A stretch of DNA of 64,000 nucleotides. It comes from Callorhinchus milii. Taxonomy: Eukaryota. How positions within the stretch are numbered: the first letter of the stretch is position 1; every line of letters begins with the position of its first letter. The stretch spans positions 14,324,001-14,388,000 of the forward strand of contig NW_024704742.1 of the NCBI RefSeq assembly GCF_018977255.1, in the 5' to 3' direction. The position numbers and the translations under genes were made by a program. The notes under the pieces were generated by a model that worked only from the letters and a program-made list of their open reading frames with translations, did no database searches and was not told where the DNA came from. This document shows positions 1-64,000 of this stretch, in pieces.

Positions 1-186
1 CAACCGCAGCAAGACTTCCCTGTTTTGAACAGTCACTTCAAAACAATTAATTATGACGCACTACAAGACGTTTTGATGTAATAAAATAATAAAGCTACGG
101 GTTTTATTCTTGGCAGGGCAAAACGTTGCGTAGGTTTCCTTACTCCACACTCCCCTGTTCACCCAGCAGAACAGGTCATGGACCCA

Positions 187-283
187 AAGGGTCATTGAAC
201 CGAAACGTTGACTCACTTTCCTTTCTCCATAGATGCTGCCTGACCTGTTGAGTGTTCCCAGCAGCTTCTGTTTTTCTTCAAGA
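187..283 (+). mobile_element. Truncated copy of the same Penelope-like terminal repeat
   Basis: cgaaacgttgactcactttcctttctccatagatgctgcctgacc nearly identical to 10991-11060. Confidence 0.6.
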
Positions 284-732
284 TTATTGCTCTCATCTTT
301 AATTCCCTCCACGGCCTCACCCCATGCTGCTTCTATGATCTCCTACAACCTGATCGCCCCTGCTGCTCCCTTCACTCAGTAAACACCAGCCATGAAACAT
401 GTCTTCTGGTCTATGCTTTATATCTACATATATATTTATATGGTCTATGGTTTATGCTTGGCTTTCAGCCAATCTGCACTGCTCTCTGGAATTCCATCCC
501 TGAGTCACTCCAACTTGTTCCCTCCTCCCCATGTTCAAAGCCTGTCTCAAGACTTACCTCCTTGACTGAGCTTTTGGTCATCTTTTCCTTCTCTATCCTG
601 TTCAGTTCCCACCCCCAGCTCGGTTACCCAGCGTGAAGGACTTTGAGACGCCGTCCTGATGTGAAAGGAGGTATATAAATGCAAAATGTATTGTAAATCA
701 GGGAGGAACAGAATATTCAGACAAAAAAGAGT

Positions 733-738
733 TTTATT
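733..738 (-). terminator. Candidate polyadenylation signal of PRSS12
   Basis: AATAAA on the minus strand ~1 kb past the stop, followed by a T/GT-rich tract (ctcttttttgtctg). Confidence 0.5.
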
Positions 739-1736
739 TAAAAGCTCATATATATTCAATGAGCAATACCTTATTTTGTTGCCACGATACAGCACTACTG
801 TTTAAGAACAAGTTAATACAACTATTCAAGTAATCAACAAAATCCAAGGGCAGGCAAGTAACATTTTTGACTGAACTTTCTGGTTCACGCTGGTTTCCAG
901 CTATTGTCCTGAGACTTGTGCTCCTTGTTAAAGTTGGGCCCAACGGAGAAATCAACCTTATGAGTTAGTGCAATTTGTTCAGTTAGTTTAGACAGGAATA
1001 CTTTCAGGTTTAATCAGTCATGCGTTAATAGCATTCCAGTAAATACTGCACCAATTTGCTTTGTTAAAAGTAATCTGAAATACTGGACCCTTCTTGGAAG
1101 CTGCAAAATTTCTTGCTTATTCTGCTCCCAGGAGTGCAATGGTAAGTGTCTCAAGACAGTTTTCTCTCTATTGCACAAACTACGGTTGCCCTGATATAGT
1201 AACCATAGTAAACGTTGTGCTGATTGCAACGTTTAGTCCCTGGCCTGGCCTGGCTTGCAGCTCTAACAGATTTTCTCCACCGTGGGGCGCTGTTGAGTAG
1301 CAACGATTACTAGAAAATATCAATAAGTACCATTGTTTTTAACCGTATATAAGCAGTTCAGGAACGGACCAGACAAACAGGTTGGGGGGGGGGGGGTAGA
1401 GGGTTCCTATACATTTTATGTTTTACAATATAATGGATAAAACACTGAAACCTGCACATACATTTGTCAACCTTTTCTCTAAGGACTGTTAGCAGTCTCA
1501 CCAGTCCAGTTGTTGATTACTATGAATGATTAACATGGAAGGATCATATTGAGCCTTGCCGTACAGTTTGTGTTGGTCCCTGAATGCTGTAAGTGCTGCT
1601 GTAATGCATAATAAATGTCATGAAGTCAGTCGGGATCACTCCATTAAAGGGCTGAGCCGGTGGTGATCGGGGAATGTCATGCTCAGTCAATGGCCAGCAC
1701 CAATCCCAAATGTTGGTATTCTCCGAGTACAGTGGG

Positions 1737-62356
<60,620 letters not shown>

Positions 62357-62767
62357 CTGCCAGTGTCCATCACCTGAGCAAAGAGCAGCACACGATCCTG
62401 GGGGGGAGGGGGGGGGGGGGGGGAGAGGGGGGTCTCACTGCAATCAGCTGCTATAAGCTCTCAGGTCCCACAGGCGATCAAACACCGTTAGATGTGTCGG
62501 GGGCGTCAGAACAAATAGCAGTCATCATCACTTGGCATTTTGTTTGGCTTTTCTTCCTCCCCCTCACACAGCAAAGCGGTGATCAGGACTTGTGACTGTC
62601 TGTCTGTATCCCGGGACAGGCACTGTGGCACTTCAGGGCACGTTCACGGTGTCTCCTTTAGCCCCGAGGTGTGAGTCAGGCTCTCAGCAAAGGCAGGAGG
62701 GGAAGGCACAGGGGGGAGGGAGGGGAGGGAGGGAGGGAGGGAGGGAGGGAGGGAGAGGAAAACATAC

Positions 62768-62866
62768 CTTAAGAGACTTTCCGAGATAAAACCAAGGAAG
62801 ATTTGGAATAGTTTGTAAGATTTGCACAATGCTGCGGGGTGGACAGGGAGCCGCTGTGGAGCAGAG
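62768..62866 (-). other. Candidate non-coding 5'UTR exon
   Basis: CTAAC branch-like motif, pyrimidine tract and TAG acceptor; AAG|GTATGT donor; 99 nt; a matching acceptor (tctttgctcag|G) lies at 62373. Confidence 0.45.
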
Positions 62867-64000
62867 CTATTAAAGGATAAAGATAACTTATTGTTAGCAA
62901 TAAGTGTATATGTTCATTTTAATGTTTAAGTTAATTTTCTTCCAGAGTGAATCGTGTAGCCTGAGACACAGTACAAGACTGTGCTGGAACCAAACGTGAG
63001 GTTTATCGTATTGCATATACTATATGTCTGCGTTTATATATATATATATATATTATATAGTTTCAGTGAAAATTGCCTGGTGTTTCTGGCAGAAAGTTGC
63101 AGTAACTGATGTGCTGTGTTGCATTGACCAAATCCTAACGATAGCAAAGTTGGACAAGGGGGAAGGGGAATGAGAGGGGGAGGTGGACACTGGAAGAAGT
63201 CCTGATGTCTGTGCTGGTGTCTAAAACGATGCAATTCTTTTGTTTGCAGTGTTTCATCTGCAGGATCATTAGCCCCGCGATTTAGGTGCTAAAACTGCTG
63301 TAACTAACAGGGTTTAACTGTTAACACACACACACACACCTATCATTACAACGCTCTCAAGAAACAAAATATTCACGACCTATATACATACATTGTGTGG
63401 GTCGGTTATCTCAACCAGTTTTATCGGATCCCCGCAAAACGGGAAGATTTTGCAAACGAAGAAAAATCTCAGTCCTTTTTTTATTAATGCCACTTCCCTT
63501 TCTAAAGCCTTCTTTGTTGTCTGGGTTCTCAGTGCTCTTTCTTTGTTTCTTTCTTTCTTTGTTTCTTTCTCTCTCTCTCTCTCTCGCTTGATTACTATAT
63601 GTGAATGAAGGACATCGACCCATCCATCGATCCATCGATCCATCCATCCATCCATCCCCAAGCAAACTGCCACCACACACTTGCAGGGCTGCACTGAGCA
63701 GCAGAGGTGTGTTGTGTGGTGTTATTGCCCTGAGGAACAAATTGAAAGACTCGCGTTAAATTGCTTACCGAAGCAACAGTGACATTTCTGTGCACTGCAC
63801 CGTTGCCTGACTGCTCCTCACTGGCACATACCCTGAGCAGCCACACAGCACTCACTCAGTCAGATTGCAATTCTTAAACAGCAATGTTGCCATCACCGAA
63901 TCAAAGCCACTTTGAGGACCAAAAGCTTCCCCCCCCCCCCCCCCCCACTCCCTAAAAAATGTCAACATCTGTAACTTTAACGAGTGAGCTTCTGCCACGT

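Noticed and set aside
63541..63660. (CTTT)n, (CT)n and (CCAT)n runs and overlapping ORFs
   Set aside because: Simple repeats; the ORFs are low-complexity artefacts.

Overview
Eukaryotic (vertebrate) genomic DNA, most likely a cartilaginous fish, inferred from the repeat landscape of Deu-domain SINEs, CR1, L2 and Penelope-type relics. Almost the whole window is one minus-strand gene, neurotrypsin (PRSS12). Eleven intact coding exons with canonical GT-AG sites (62356 to 1737; 2193 nt = 730 aa + stop) encode a signal peptide, kringle, three SRCR domains, an RQKR/IIGG activation site and a trypsin domain. Intron 1 holds the decayed exon pair of a fourth SRCR domain (SRCR1: 54836-54979 and 47979-48157), so the domain loss is visible in the sequence. 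Upstream there are candidate non-coding 5' exons and an overlapping uORF. The introns carry a near-intact 3.8 kb L2-type LINE with an 8-bp TSD, CR1 and Tx1/L1 fragments, two SINE families sharing the L2 3' tail (with nested and composite copies), Penelope-like ends with hammerhead-ribozyme cores, several hairpins/palindromes, a 70-bp templated insertion and a 1.4 kb (GT/GTGA)n microsatellite. Most ORFs in the supplied track are spurious. Repeat boundaries are approximate; exon boundaries were read base by base.
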